The translations under genes and the position numbers were made by a program. This document shows, in pieces, positions 1 to 14,459 of a stretch of 64,000 nucleotides of DNA (position 1 is the stretch's first letter; each line of letters starts with the position of its first letter). This DNA comes from Priapulus caudatus (taxonomy: Eukaryota): assembly GCF_000485595.1 (NCBI RefSeq), contig NW_014577078.1, positions 214,427 to 278,426 of the forward strand, read 5' to 3'. The notes under the pieces are model-generated. The model was given only the letters and a program-made list of their open reading frames with translations, searched no databases and was not told where the DNA came from.

Positions 1-3000
1 TTATGGTTATACTATTTTGTAATGGCGAGTATGCGCCAAGACAGTGCTTGACATAATATGGTGACAAAAATCGATTATGCGTTTAATATTGGGGTATGCC
101 ACGCGAAGGTTCTATCAACTTTTTTAGCTTTTACTAAGACTTGTGAGCACATACATAGAATGAACATTCAATACACAGTTCGGTAATATATTGAACTAAA
201 TTAGGAATAAACGAAGAATACCTATTTAACGATCGAAAGACCTTCGCTGTCCTACGCAGTTTGATGATCATCCGCATAAAGCTATGGTCGTCTAAACGAA
301 GAGCGTTACAACATAGATCTAGCTAGTGCGTGATGTAAATACAGCTATCGCATATCTTGATGGAAGTATACACAGGCAAACGACGTCGCTTAGGTAAGCT
401 TGAACGCCAGTGTTCTGAAGTCATCGTGACGAGCCGCATAGCTATACTTTTCTTTCACAAGATGGCGATATAGTTTCATAGTATAACAGTATATCAAGAA
501 GGCGGATTTTCTTCTCCTCGCAATTCACAGCCTTTTCACAAATTATTAAGAACTCATTTTTCACGGTGGAATTTGTTCATCGTTAGTTAGGTAATTCTAT
601 TGATATCAACGGCTTTTTCGGGAGAAATGGCGTCTCTCTATCGCCCTATAGCGAGTAAGCAACTAACTGCATTGATAACAGAATCCCTGTGTGTACGTGT
701 GACTGTGTGTGTGCGTGCGAGCGCATGCGCCCTAGCCATTCTCTAAATCCGCATAGAAATCATAGGCATTGACGATGGAAACGTCAGCTGATTTTCCAGG
801 AGAGTATTTGAAAGATTTTCTTATAAATTTCGTTATTAGGACATACAATTTGCAGTTTAATATCTAAGGAAATGGTCATGGCGATATAAAATTAAAATAA
901 TGATGAATATACGACCAATATTCACTATTTAAATATACATATTTTAATGTGCCTAAAGCTAGGTTTACACTATGGAAAAGTTTACGAGATGATATCGGCG
1001 CTAACACAGTTTGTTTAAGATAGATTTTCTATTATTCGGTGCGAAAACTAAGATCAGTGTTATTTTAATAATCGGTTATATGCACAACCTAGACGCCCGC
1101 TTGTTGAGCGCTCCAATCGTTTACTGCGACTTTCGGTCGATTAGTTGAAAATTTGATCAGCTCGTCAACTTTTGAACAGAAAGTTGATTGTGTAAACTGC
1201 ATTATTTGTTGTATTTTTAATAACTACTAGTAGAACGAGAATTCTAAGTGTACCTGGATGATACTATGGTCATTAAGTGTTTGCTTACCTTCAAATGAAA
1301 ATCTAAGCAAAATTCTATATTCCGAACAGGTGCATCCTTAACGAAGACATTCCCGCTACGGCCCGGAGAAATTAAAATAATATGAGTATAAAATGCGGTA
1401 TATATTTTTATATCGACGGTAACACAACAGAACGAGTTCATGAGATCACTTTTCTTTTCCCTCAACCTTAAGTGAGTACCGCGTTTTATTGACGAGGAAT
1501 TCTAGCAAAGGAAAAATGTTGAGTACATGATAATGGGCATTATTAGCTTAATTGTTATTCGCCTTTATTTTCCATGATGGCCCATTCTGGGATGAATAAA
1601 TAGTGCCGAATTATCTACCATAATTACATAATACATGGAAATTTATTTATTACAATTTGAAACTACTGTAAGGTAATTAAATCGTCTTGGGTTGATTTTT
1701 TATAGTGGTGGCAGTCGCCTAACGAGGTTTGATCTAGTTTATTTGAATTGTCGCATTTTTATGTAACTTTCAGTTGGAATATGATAATGGAATTTAGATC
1801 AAGCCAAACTATAATTGTTCTAGATAATAATATTCTCATGACGTGATGAACGATCAAAACCTTGCCTTGACCTGCTGTCGGGTCGATTTCGAGCCATAAG
1901 CTCGCGATGACCATTATCTGCCCAGCAGAACACAGGCGCGGCTTTACTATTATATAAATTCCTTTATTGACATCTTACGAATATTCTCTCAAAATATTTA
2001 TGCTAAGTTACTCTTTAAGCGCGCTTGCGGAGAATCATAAGTCAGGATGTCTAATGCTTACTTTAAATTTGTATAATAGCCTTGTCAGTAAATTAACTAT
2101 TCAATTTTTAAGCTCAGTACCGCCGCTCTAATTTTAAGATTCTTATGGTTATAGTAAATTCATAAAACACGCATGTAAACCTAAAAGGAAGCAAACATTG
2201 CCTTGACTGGAAACGATATTGCACGGATATCATATTATACTTAGTAAATAGATCCCCGGCAAGGAAGTCTGCTGGATATCGCATGTGCAAACACTTTCTT
2301 CGACCCATGCTTCCAAGACACGCACGGTTTCAGCTTGCCACACAACACTCATTGTTGATCCGATGACTCAACTCCCGTAATAACCGACATTAATACTAAT
2401 AGATATACATCGCGCTCTGACGCACACCTCCAACACAGAGAGATATATTCACTTGTGCATGCGTGCTCCACAATCTCCAGACGCCTATAATATAATCACC
2501 CTGCACACGAGAACAGCGCGTTCGATACCAAATTGCCGTCCGCTTTGTTATTACCCGGCGCCGATCAAATTACCGCTGCTATATCCATACGCGAATATGA
2601 GTGGCCGACGGGCCACAGTCATATTCTTTCATGACGCGTGCTCACTCTGACATTGGTGTTCCCATTTTAGGTTGTGTTTATTTATAGGAAATGATGACCT
2701 GTAAAATGTTGAACTGTTGAAAACAGAAATGGAGCGCGTAATGGCCTACAGAAGACAATAACGCTGGGTTTAATTTTAATTTTAATTGTTACGCATTTAA
2801 TTTGCGCTCGAGAGTCATTATGAGTCAGATGCATCATTTAAAAATCGTCGCTTAAATTATTTTGACTGGTCGGATCAGCGCAATAAGCTATGCATCTATG
2901 CTATCAAATTTGAATTAAAACACAAAACAAGAAATAATCACTTCTTGTACGATAGAGCAGAAATAAAATACAAATGAGAGATGGTGCGCGCGTATGCGTG

Positions 3001-5768
3001 CACGTGCGTGTGCACGTGGATTTTGGGGTGTGGTTCTTTATTAGAGGTGTTTTAGTGTGAATATCAATGCGACCAGGCTTGGTATCAATTCATATCGATC
3101 GAGGATGACAGATGTTGCATAAATGATAAGAGAGGGAAGAAATAGTGGATGGACTCTGGGTAATCGCCATTTTTGGTTGTGCATGAGAGCTCTCGTGTAC
3201 ACGAAATATTGCCACCAATATCATTGTTATTTGGAGCACTTCTTTACAGTTCCATTTACACAGAGGGTTTCGTCCGTCCTCAGTTGCCATAATAATTATT
3301 ATTATCAAAATATGTGCTATACAAACCGCTCACGTTTTCCGTTCATGTATATACTCAAGCGTCCCCAGATAAATCGTTTACAATCGTTTAAATCGTGTAA
3401 ATAGCGTTCATATGTTGGCAAAAACTTGGGAAATGCAACATGTAACGTGTAAATAATATCGAACGCGGTAGCGACTAGCGACTTGCGTTCTGTATATACG
3501 ATTACTTTACAACACTGGTAATTTGGTTTGATTTGGCTTCCTGTGTCAACCCGTCGCTGCAGTTATAATTACGTACGTGCGTATATGATGTCGCATTTAC
3601 ATCAATCGCAGTTACTACGCACAATTATATTGCGCGTGTAATTGCCACCTGACAGACGATCTGTGAATCGATATGCCACACGCGTCTACTGACTGATTAA
3701 TATTTCATCAGTCCGACTTTTATTCATAGCGTTGTCGCTAAGGGCTTTACGTTGGAAATAGCCGCGTGTACTTTTAAAAAGCGAACACGCGCCTAACACG
3801 CGCTATCGTAGAAGCCTTGGCTTGTAACTGCGTAGAGAGGTCGAGCGAATACCCACGCCCGCTTGGACACGTCAGGCCGAGTGCGCGTTTCTACTACCAT
3901 ATTTGACCGTGAGCGCGCCCCGAGCCAGAGAGAAAAAAGGTGTGGCAGCAGCCGAAGAGATAGTTAGAAAAGCAGAGTCTTAGATAAAAGCCGTGTTTTT
4001 GTGTGCTGTTAAAAAACCGCTCTGCCGCTGAATCTACTGTGTTTTCTAAAACTACTGTTAATTATCACAACTATTCTACGTTTCTAAATAAATCATTACT
4101 CGATCTATTTACTGACTATACCTAGTTTTCCTATGTCTACGAGCACACATCTACAGGGACCTCGCTTCCACACTACGCACGAGTGACATGAATAACTAAT
4201 GATATCTGCCCGTACGAGCCTGGTAGAAACAACGCAAGGACATATATACGAATAGCACATCATCGTAAATGAGCGGGTAGGATATCATTTTGGCGCGAGG
4301 GACCAGCGTATCACTTGATTCACATTATCTGATACGGAACGTCGGATGACGCTATTCGTCCGACACATGCATCACACAATACAGCGTCCTACACGCGAGA
4401 GTGGAAGGACACGATATCACGCGCACGATCGCACAAACACACGCACACGCACAAACGCACGCATTCCCCCAGACACATACACTTCCCTGCCAAAGTATTC
4501 CCCACTGACTCATCCAAACAGCGTCCACGTAATTATTGTTCATAAGTTTTTAGGGCGAGCGAAATCCCGCTATCTCCGTCCAATCTCCGTCTATGTCTCC
4601 GTCCAATATTGCATTAGAGCTAGCAGCGGATCTCATCGTGTTAATATCACATGCACAGATTTTTGCAATTTGTGAATGTCACTACGTGAAAATTCAGAAT
4701 AAATCGGTATATTTGCAAACTACAAAATATACCGTGCTGACACCTAACTTATATTTGGCCGTTATGATGCGCTGGAACATGTGACAGCACCCCGTGTCAT
4801 AAACAATTAATTACAAATATTGTGATAATATCGCGAATATATAGGCATTATAACCACCAGCGTTGCGATGTTGCTGTGGAGTTGTATTGCTTCGATGCGA
4901 AGTGATGGATGACGGGAAAAATTATGGCTCGATATCTGGTTTAATGTTTGTCTTTGATCTCCATGACGGTCACTTCTTCCGGTAGTCCGTGTGCAACGGT
5001 CACTTCTGCGATATATGGTGCGATTATTAAGAAATAAAGTATAGAAACAAACACATAAAATCCTTATCGTGCTTTCACATTGCGAGAAATGGCAATTAGA
5101 TAACAGCTTATACCACCGCATTAACTCAGTCTACAGCTGGATTTTTATTGGCCGTAATATACTTAGACATTTGGAAAACCAACACTGTATATTTGTTAGT
5201 GAGCGAGAAGCTAGCTACCTTTATAAACGAGAATAGCATCGTAGGGTAGTGTAAAATTTTGTTAAAATTAAATAATTATTATGTTTAACCTCTTTTAATA
5301 TATACTTCCGTGTATAGATAAATTATGCGGCTAGTAGCACTACCAAATAAAATCTGATTGCCGCCTCCTTACATAATCAAGTTAGAAACCATATGGGTAG
5401 CATTACGTCTACATTTCTGCAGCCGGCAATTGCACAGGATTAATCCATGAAAAATGAATATGCAAATATTGCTTCTGTATATATCATCTTAATTCCATCT
5501 GATGGGATTTTCATATCCTGATAGAGGTTTACTCTGCATGTAAGGCAGCAACGCCGACTATACAGCGGACGCTTCATGGGTAGTTTCCTAATCATAGACT
5601 CACGATATAATAAAAACGATTGGCGCTATAATCCACAACGGAGCGCATAATTGGGAGAAGGTGAGTTGGTGCTAATATTATCGATCTGTACGATTCCTTC
5701 ATGCAACGTGTACGCGCTCAGACCGCGCTGTAAACCAGGAGCTGTCAATCACACCCGGCCTTCTTTCA

Positions 5769-8743
5769 TAGATAGATAAATAGTTAGATAGATAGATAGA
5801 TGGATAGATAGAAAGATAGATAGATAGATAGATAGATGAATGGACGGACGGACGGACGGACGGACGGACGGACGGACGGACGGACGGACGGACGGACGGA
5901 CGGACGGTCGACGAGGTGGATGGCTGGATTGTGGATGGGGATTGATGATGGATTGAGGCGATGGAGAATTGGAGGATGGATGGTATGGATGAATTGGATG
6001 GATGGATGGATGGATGGTCCATGGATTGGGATGGATGAATGATGGATGGATGGATGGATGGAGATAAAAAAAAACGGATGGATGATGGAATGGAGGAGGA
6101 ATGGATGGATGGTATGGATGGAGGATGGATGGATGGGATGGCATGGCATGGATGGATGGTATGGATGGAGGATGGATTGATGATGATGGATGATGGATGG
6201 ATGGATGATGGGATGGATGGATGGATATGGCGGGATGGTATGGATGATTGGATGGATTGGATGATGGATTGGATGGGATGGGATGGATGAATGGTGCAGG
6301 AATGAGCGCACATGGCAGTGAATTCTGATTGAGCGCAATGGGTGGGATGGCGATGGATGGCCCATATCGCGATTTTGGATGGATGGCATGGGCACTCCGC
6401 AGGCATGGATGGATGGATTGGCAGGGGATGGATGGATGGGATGGAATGGATGGGATTGAGTTATAATAATAGGGGAACAGTGTGTAGGCAGCAATGATAG
6501 GATGGGATGATTAATGGTAGATGGAGGGATGATGGATGGATGGGATGGAGGATGGATGGATGGATTGGATGGGTGCAGGATTTGGATGGGCAATCAGATG
6601 CCCAGGCGCATGGCGCCCCATTCGCGGCGGTTAAACAAGATGTGTGGTATAAGAGGATTGGGGCAATTCATGAGCTGCAGGAGGCCAAATAGGGCCAGGG
6701 TGGGAGGCCGCTTGGCACCGATTGAGAACAAGTGGTGTAACGGATTTTTGGATCATTGGAGAATTGTGGGGAGGGGCAGTATGGGGGGCAGCAAGGCAAT
6801 AGCCAGGGGCGATCGCACGGCGTTAATTTTGAGACATAGTGTGTAGGAGTATTTGGTTCAGTAGTAGCACGCATGCGAGATCGGGTGAGCCAGTGGATAA
6901 ATGGGATGGGGTAAATGGGCTATGGGGTCGATTGGTACACTGGGATGGGTAAATTTAGGCGCGACTTGTGGAATGGCATTGTTGGCAGATGGGATGGGTC
7001 TGACCCTATGGGGTAATTGGGATAGTAATGTGGATGGTATGGGTATAGTACCATAGCCGTAAATACATACATACATACGCATACAATACACTCACCATTA
7101 CATTACATACACTACATAGCATACCATCACATACTTACCATACGACTCCAACACATACGACCATACAATACATACGATACACACATACATACATAACCTC
7201 ACCATACATGCACACACGCACACATCACACGTACACGATAACAGTTTAACATAACGATGACGATTACATAAATAACAATTACATTACAGATCATAACATT
7301 ACATACATATACTATACATACATTACTCATACATTAACATAATTTTACTAATACATACATATACATTACATACATAGCATTACATTTTAACATACATATA
7401 CATACAATTACATTTTACATTACCTTACATAATAACTATACACATCATAATATCAAACTAAATTAACATTATACTGAAATAATTGCATTCATGCATACAT
7501 AACAGTAGCATTTACATCTTACAATCAAATAATGACTACTAGTACATAATACTAAGACGTTACAGCATACATATACATACATAACATACCATACATACAT
7601 ACTCAACATGACATTAATATCATATAATATGCATCACTACATACATAGCGGATAACATACGAGACATACATACATACATACATACATACATTACATACAT
7701 ACATACATTACATACATACATACATTACATACATACATTACATACCAGATACATACATTAACATACATCTTAACATACATTNNNNNNNNNNNNNNNNNNN
7801 NNNNNNNNNNNNNNNNNNNNNNNNNNNNNNNNNNNNNNNNNNNNNNNNNNNNNNNNNNNNNNNNNNNNNNNNNNNNNNNNNNNNNNNNNNNNNNNNNNNN
7901 NNNNNNNNNNNNNNNNNNNNNNNNNNNNNNNNNNNNNNNNNNNNNNNNNNNNNNNNNNNNNNNNNNNNNNNNNNNNNNNNNNNNNNNNNNNNNNNNNNNN
8001 NNNNNNNNNNNNNNNNNNNNNNNNNNNNNNNNNNNNNNNNNNNNNNNNNNNNNNNNNNNNNNNNNNNNNNNNNNNNNNNNNNNNNNNNNNNNNNNNNNNN
8101 NNNNNNNNNNNNNNNNNNNNNNNNNNNNNNNNNNNNNNNNNNNNNNNNNNNNNNNNNNNNNNNNNNNNNNNNNNNNNNNNNNNNNNNNNNNNNNNNNNNN
8201 NNNNNNNNNNNNNNNNNNNNNNNNNNNNNNNNNNNNNNNNNNNNNNNNNNNNNNNNNNNNNNNNNNNNNNNNNNNNNNNNNNNNNNNNNNNNNNNNNNNN
8301 NNNNNNNNNNNNNNNNNNNNNNNNNNNNNNNNNNNNNNNNNNNNNNNNNNNNNNNNNNNNNNNNNNNNNNNNNNNNNNNNNNNNNNNNNNNNNNNNNNNN
8401 NNNNNNNNNNNNNNNNNNNNNNNNNNNNNNNNNNNNNNNNNNNNNNNNNNNNNNNNNNNNNNNNNNNNNNNNNNNNNNNNNNNNNNNNNNNNNNNNNNNN
8501 NNNNNNNNNNNNNNNNNNNNNNNNNNNNNNNNNNNNNNNNNNNNNNNNNNNNNNNNNNNNNNNNNNNNNNNNNNNNNNNNNNNNNNNNNNNNNNNNNNNN
8601 NNNNNNNNNNNNNNNNNNNNNNNNNNNNNNNNNNNNNNNNNNNNNNNNNNNNNNNNNNNNNNNNNNNNNNNNNNNNNNNNNNNNNNNNNNNNNNNNNNNN
8701 NNNNNNNNNNNNNNNNNNNNNNNNNNNNNNNNNNNNNNNNNNN

Positions 8744-8832
<89 letters not shown>
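5769..8832. repeat. Compound tetranucleotide microsatellite spanning an assembly gap
   Basis: (GATA)n, (GGAC)n, degenerate (GGAT)n, (TACA)n, the N gap 7782-8743, then (GATA)n. Confidence 0.95.
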
Positions 8833-8834
8833 TA

Positions 8835-10070
8835 TTATATTTTCATTTCTAGTCGCGCTTTTTGCTCTTGATAATTGCTTTTCACTTTCTGCGGGTCCTT
8901 AACTAGGTGGAGGTTCCCAATGTATTGTATATCGCAGTCAGATGCTGCCAAAGCACACCAGGCAGACTGTTGGATTCTTTTCAGTGAGTACCGGCCACTA
9001 CTACAGAAACACATCATGCCGCGTAACAGTTCCTTTAACACGCTAGTAAGCGGAAGTAAGTCGTCGTCAGGAAAGCACAACGGAGACAGGTTTTGCGTCG
9101 CTTCGCTACCAGCTTCACTGATTGAGAATGGTAGCTGTCCGACGCACATGACGTACAGTACCACCCCAGCTGCCCACAGGTCAGCGGCTTGAGGGTCATA
9201 GTCACCTTCACGTAACATCTCAGGGCAGCAATAGCCGATCGTTCCGCGCTGGCCGCAGGTGACGCGTTCAGATCTAGACGTGCAATAAGACGACATTCCA
9301 AAGTCGCAGAGTTTCACGCTGTTGCTGTGGTCAATAAGAATGTTGTGACACTTTATATCACCGTGGCAGATGTTATTGTCGTGCAAGTAAGCAAGAGCGT
9401 GTAGAAGTTGCAGGAAATAACGGCGGGCAACGGCTTCGACGAGAATATATGGAGATTTCTGATGCAGTAGATTATCTAGATTGCCGTTTTCACAATATTC
9501 CAAAATTAGGCATGGCTGTTGGCTGACTACAACACTGTCTAGTATAACCACGATATGAGCATGTGACAATTTTGATAGGAGTCTACTCTCTCTTTCTAAC
9601 GAATCTATAGCTGTCTGATTGGAGGCGAGGGCGACCTTGATTGCTACTCGCCTGTTATGTTTCGTAGAAACTCCTAACAACACGTCGGAGAATCTAGCAT
9701 GGTAAAGTATTCCTGTCACTTCGCAATTTACTTTCGAGGTAAAATCCAACGGTATATTGTCCGCGCACGCACTGGTGTTGTGATTATGCAGCAGTGCATC
9801 TCGGCGTACCCAGCTGTCGTCGTATAAGCATTGGATTGCAATCTCGTTGTGTAGATGATATGCGTCATCATCTCGATGATTGTCATACCTGCTCCTAGTG
9901 GCCACTTGTACCGACCGGGTGTAGGAGAGTTCGCTGTTCTTCACTTTTCTTTGAAGCATTGGCCGTACGGCTCTAAATCGTTTTAACTCCATTTTAAGTT
10001 TTTTTCTTTGACCTCTTGCGGTTGCGCGTGCACTGAAATCAAAATACATAACGAGTAATTTGCTATACAT
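8835..10070 (-). CDS. Intronless Ser/Thr protein kinase, CAMK group, TSSK-like
   Basis: Uninterrupted ORF of about 411 aa from the first ATG (10070). Kinase motifs in order: VAIK, alphaC Glu (LERE), LILEYCENGNL, HGDIKCHNILI, VKLCDFG, GTIGYCCPE, YDPQAADLWAAGVVLYVMCVGQLPF. The KCxN and YDP..D.W..GV.LY.M motifs resemble testis-specific kinases. Confidence 0.85.
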   Translation of the reverse strand: MYSKLLVMYFDFSARATARGQRKKLKMELKRFRAVRPMLQRKVKNSELSYTRSVQVATRSRYDNHRDDDAYHLHNEIAIQCLYDDSWVRRDALLHNHNTSACADNIPLDFTSKVNCEVTGILYHARFSDVLLGVSTKHNRRVAIKVALASNQTAIDSLERESRLLSKLSHAHIVVILDSVVVSQQPCLILEYCENGNLDNLLHQKSPYILVEAVARRYFLQLLHALAYLHDNNICHGDIKCHNILIDHSNSVKLCDFGMSSYCTSRSERVTCGQRGTIGYCCPEMLREGDYDPQAADLWAAGVVLYVMCVGQLPFSISEAGSEATQNLSPLCFPDDDLLPLTSVLKELLRGMMCFCSSGRYSLKRIQQSAWCALAASDCDIQYIGNLHLVKDPQKVKSNYQEQKARLEMKI

Positions 10071-10332
10071 TGGACTCACGCGTGACCAGTATTAAAAAGA
10101 AGTCATGCGAAGACTAAGACTAACAAAAACTAAGACAATTACATTATATGATTACCACTTACTATAAATGTTTTATGCTAGGTAAAATCTAGAACATTAG
10201 CGTGATTTGCTTTTTACCCACACAATTTTAGTCACTATGGATAATTAAATAATTGCAGGGATATATTAAGCGAAACGATCGAAACACATTTCCCCACAAG
10301 GGATGAACAATAATGTAATATCGCAATTCAGG

Positions 10333-10333
<1 letters not shown>

Positions 10334-10389
<56 letters not shown>

Positions 10390-10660
10390 GTGTGTATATG
10401 TGTGTGTGTGCCTCCTCCAGAGTGTGTGTGTGTGTGAGTTAGTGTGTGTGTGGTGTGTGTGGTGTGTGGTGATTATGTGTGTGTGTGTGTGTGTGTGTAT
10501 GTGTGCCGTGTTGTGTGTTGTGGGGTTGTGTGGTGTGTGTGTCTGTGGGGCTGATCTGTGGGGGTGGGCGGTGTGTCGGCTTTAGGTTGCGCGCTCATCG
10601 GTTGTGTGTGTACTGCGTAGGTGCGTATACGCGCGCGTGTGTGTGTGCTTGTGCGAGCAT
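10334..10660. repeat. (GT)n microsatellite, degenerate
   Basis: Direct reading of the sequence. Confidence 0.9.
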
Positions 10661-11516
10661 AACTGCGTGAGTGTGAGCTCGTATGATATCTGTGAGTCCC
10701 TATCTGTCCATGCACGTGCGTGTGGCTTCTTAAATCTCACTCAAAAATTACTGTATCGTTAAAATATTCGGTGCCAATAATACGTAAATCAAAGATATTC
10801 GTTAGTCATGCGTCCTTTTTATTGAAATGCATTATAGAGATGCGACATCCTACTTTACATCAACATGCGGAGAAATGTTAGAAATTGTTACGTAATGGCA
10901 TTTGACCTTGTACGACATCGGACTTTCCGCAAACATATCGCAAATCTTGCTATGCTGCCACACGAGCTCAGCTGACCCTAACGCCCGTGACTCTACTACT
11001 ACATTACCGAATACTGTACAAATAAGTGGCAAAAATCCTCCTTGTTCATTTACTAATAACACCCTACACTCTTCGTCGGCATTATACGCATGCGCCATTC
11101 CCTACAGTGGTTTGCATTCAGTTTCCAACTGACATCCTCCATCAATCCTCAATCCACCGTCACATTTCCATTCACTATATTATGTTTATTAAATATTGCT
11201 CCAGGTAAAATTTCTAATAATATCTTCACACTTGTTCGGACTATCTTTTCGTAGCTGATGCATAATCGTTGTATGCATTGTAATTTTCTCCCGTAATATA
11301 TTGTATATTTATTAGCTTGTAACATACTGGAGAATATGCATATAGTGTGGCAACTGGCGTAAACGTTTTCTTTCACTGTATACCGTACGTCTGTTCTTCT
11401 CTGGTGTTTCCATATTCACGTAAATTAATACGTAAAAAACTACATTACCGCTTGTAGCATCTGTATTAGTATTAATTAAATATTTAGTCGAACGCAAAAA
11501 CAACTAACTCTCCTAA

Positions 11517-11884
11517 AGCCCACCGCACACCAGACGATTTTTACAAACGATGAGACGATGAAGCGATGAAACGATGAAACGATGAAGCGATGTAGGTGTG
11601 CGGGGAACACCTACGATAATTTCTGCAAGGTGAATGTCATGTGACACGGGCACGTTCAGCTATTGGCTGTTCAATATTTATCGCACACGATTTTCCTGAG
11701 GTCACACGCACACCACAAAATCGCGTCCAAATAATCGGTTCAAAATCAAACATGTTTGATTTTGGAACGATCACCCGATAAAAATAAAATCGTCTACAAA
11801 TGAACCCGCACACCTACATCGTTTCATCGTTTCATCGTTTCATCGTTTCATCGTTTGTAAAAATCGGCTGGTGTGCGGCGGCCT
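11517..11884. mobile_element. PIF/Harbinger-like MITE
   Basis: Inverted termini agcccaccgcacaccagacgatttttacaaacgatg ... catcgtttgtaaaaatcggctggtgtgcggcggcct, TAA/TTA flanks and internal (aacgatga)n repeats. Confidence 0.7.
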
Positions 11885-12266
11885 TTATATAGCGTGTTCG
11901 TGTTTTGGGATTGGCGTGTTCTCGTGCTTTCTAGGTAGAAATAAATTTCATTTCATAAAAACGTGGTTTGTAATGTGCGATTTTCGTTCAATGTCGTTAC
12001 CCCACATTCACTTTTTTAAATCCTATTATAACTTCTTACTAAATCATTCGATGACGGTATTAATTGTTATTGATATTTGAGATTTCATTTACCCGCGTTG
12101 ATATAATATCCAACGTAACATTTATTTATCATATTACATGAAAATGTAATTCCCGTTTTCCTGCTTTTAAAGGACCAGCAAGAATAGCAAACGTTAACAA
12201 TAGATATTCAATTGATATTGATATTGATTTAATTTAATGTTTGTATAAGCTTTTATATAAGCATTA

Positions 12267-12468
12267 AGCCCGGTGTTGAGTAAATTTACTCAGCGCGCGC
12301 GCACACGTTGAGTGAAATGACGCATGAGTCAAAAATTATCAAACACGTTTGATATTGAGTAAAATGACGCATGCGTCAAATTACTCCACAAAAATCCGCC
12401 GCACACGTGAGTAAAATGACTCATGCGTCATTTTACTTGAGTAAAATTACTCACGTGTGCGCCGGGCT
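12267..12468. mobile_element. PIF/Harbinger-like MITE
   Basis: agcccgg ... ccgggct termini, TTA/TAA flanks and internal palindromic gagtaaaatgacgcatgcgtca repeats. Confidence 0.6.
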
Positions 12469-12663
12469 TAAAGCCCGATTTTGATCAAAATCGGATTTTG
12501 ATTTTGATTTTGATTTTATAATCAGATTTTGATACACTACTACACTATAGTAATTTCATTTATCCTCTTCTTATTTCTTTAGCACCTTATTCAGTTCAAT
12601 AATGTATATTTCAACTACTGGCTGCTACATTATCTTGTTCAGGTGGTACTATTGTAGGTTTAC

Positions 12664-13560
12664 TAATAATAATAATATTTATTGATTTATATTGCGCACG
12701 TTACATGCAGATATGTTCACGTGCGCATTACAAAGGCTGATTATAAAACAGCGAACTGCAACACTGTAAAATATAAATACTAAGATTACGACAATCCTAT
12801 AACAATTCCTGATTATAAATAGCGGACTGCAACATTGTAAAATATAGATCCTAAAACGACAATAATATAACATTTTCAATAAAATAGAACTCAAATCAAA
12901 TGTACACCTAAAAATATAATGTCTATGTGTTAAATGCAATGTTAAATAGATGAGTTTTGACTAGGCGTTTAAAAGATTCCAGCGACTTTTGAAATCGAAT
13001 ATGACTAGGTAGCTTATTCCATAATTTTGGGGCAGCTGATGAGAAAGCTCGATCGCCAAGTGTAGCCAACGTTTTTACAGCTGGTGGCTCAATTAACATT
13101 TGGTTACCAGAGCGCAGACTGTACCGATTAGGTTTCTTTAATGTGACTAATTCCCTGATATAATCTGGTGACATACAATGTAATGCCTTAAAAGTGATGA
13201 GTAGTATTTTAAACTCTATACAGAAATAGACTGGCAGCCAATGCAAATGATATAAAACAGGTGATATATGATCAAACTTGGATACATTGCAGATAAGCCG
13301 AGCAGCTGCATTTTTAACTCGCTGTAACTTATTCAGTTGTACTTGGGGCAGCCCATAAAGTAAAGTATTGCAGCAATCAACACGACTAGTAATGAATGCG
13401 TGAATTAGAATTTTTGTTGATTCCGTAGAAAGAAACTTTCGGATTCCTCTAATATTATGAAGATGGAAAAATGAAGTACTAGTACTGCAGAGTTTGGAAA
13501 CAGAGTCTCCATCGTTAGCCATGAATCAAACCAGCAACCCAAATTTCTGGTCACGTATAC
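12664..13560 (-). mobile_element. 5'-truncated L2-clade LINE (RT C-terminal region, 3' UTR, (ATT)n tail)
   Basis: ORF 12923-13522 carries IHAFITSRVDCCNTLLYGLP, LQRVKNAAARL, LHWLPV, RAFSSAAPKLWNKLP and FKRLVKTHLF. On the minus strand AATAAA followed by (ATT)n ends near 12664. Confidence 0.88.
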
Positions 13561-14459
13561 GGTTTTACAGCATAGTGTGCATTTGAAATGTAATTGCTAT
13601 ATGTAGGGACTAGTTCGGCGCAATCTTTTTTGTTTTATTACATTCTTTTGTTGCTGAAATTGGATTGTTGTGGCAATACGGTTCTCCAGTTTGTTTTCCA
13701 CTTAGTCGTAGGGATAGTTTCTTTTTTTCCGGAGCGCATTGTCGCTTAGGTCGCATTACGAAGGTTCGGTCACGTGATGTTGATAGATGGTGAAAAAAAA
13801 AATTGACGAATGTTAGTTTCATAAACTTTTGCTGCTTAAAATTTTTCAGGTGATTGTAAGTGTTTCGGGCACTCATCTATGTACTTTTATGTTGGCAAGA
13901 CAATTACTGTCAGTCTATTTGACACTTTTTAAAGCTACGTTTAGAAATTCGACGAGTGTCCTAAACCTGATTGTTGTGAATATGACCGGCAGGGTGTTAT
14001 CGGAGATCCCAAGACCATCAATGCATCGTTTCCATTACGTTCATAAGTAAACAGTCCCAACAAGTGATCGTATTTGTAGTTTTCTTTATTTTGTTGTTGA
14101 ACTTTATACATTTTGATGGCCTTTCGCTATGCTGTTTCCACCTAGGATCGGTTTTAATTTACAATAATTTCATATTATTTTTTCTTTTGCCATCCAATAT
14201 TGGAACTCTCTTCTTTACTATTTAGTTTATTAACATGGGGAAATTTTCTACTGCTCATCGCAGTGTTGGTCTGAGGAGTAGATCATCGTCATGGTCGCTC
14301 CGCCATTTCAGCTCCTTGGCTATGAAGAATGTGCATTCTGATGTCATGATGTATTTACAAATTTCCATTGAAACCGATTTCTTATAGCCTGTTGAGATTA
14401 TGTTTAACCAAGGTGGCAATGTGCATATATTTCTTGCTTTCACCAACACGCTACTGTTA

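Noticed and set aside
4940..5010. Possible minus-strand terminal exon (EVTVAHGLPEEVTVMEIKDKH*)
   Set aside because: No upstream exon or homology could be linked to it.
5699..7091. Long His/Pro/Ser and Met/Asp/Gly/Trp ORFs
   Set aside because: Translations of (GGAT)n/(GGAC)n microsatellites.
10850..11503. Short ORFs upstream of the kinase
   Set aside because: No recognisable domain or consistent exon structure.
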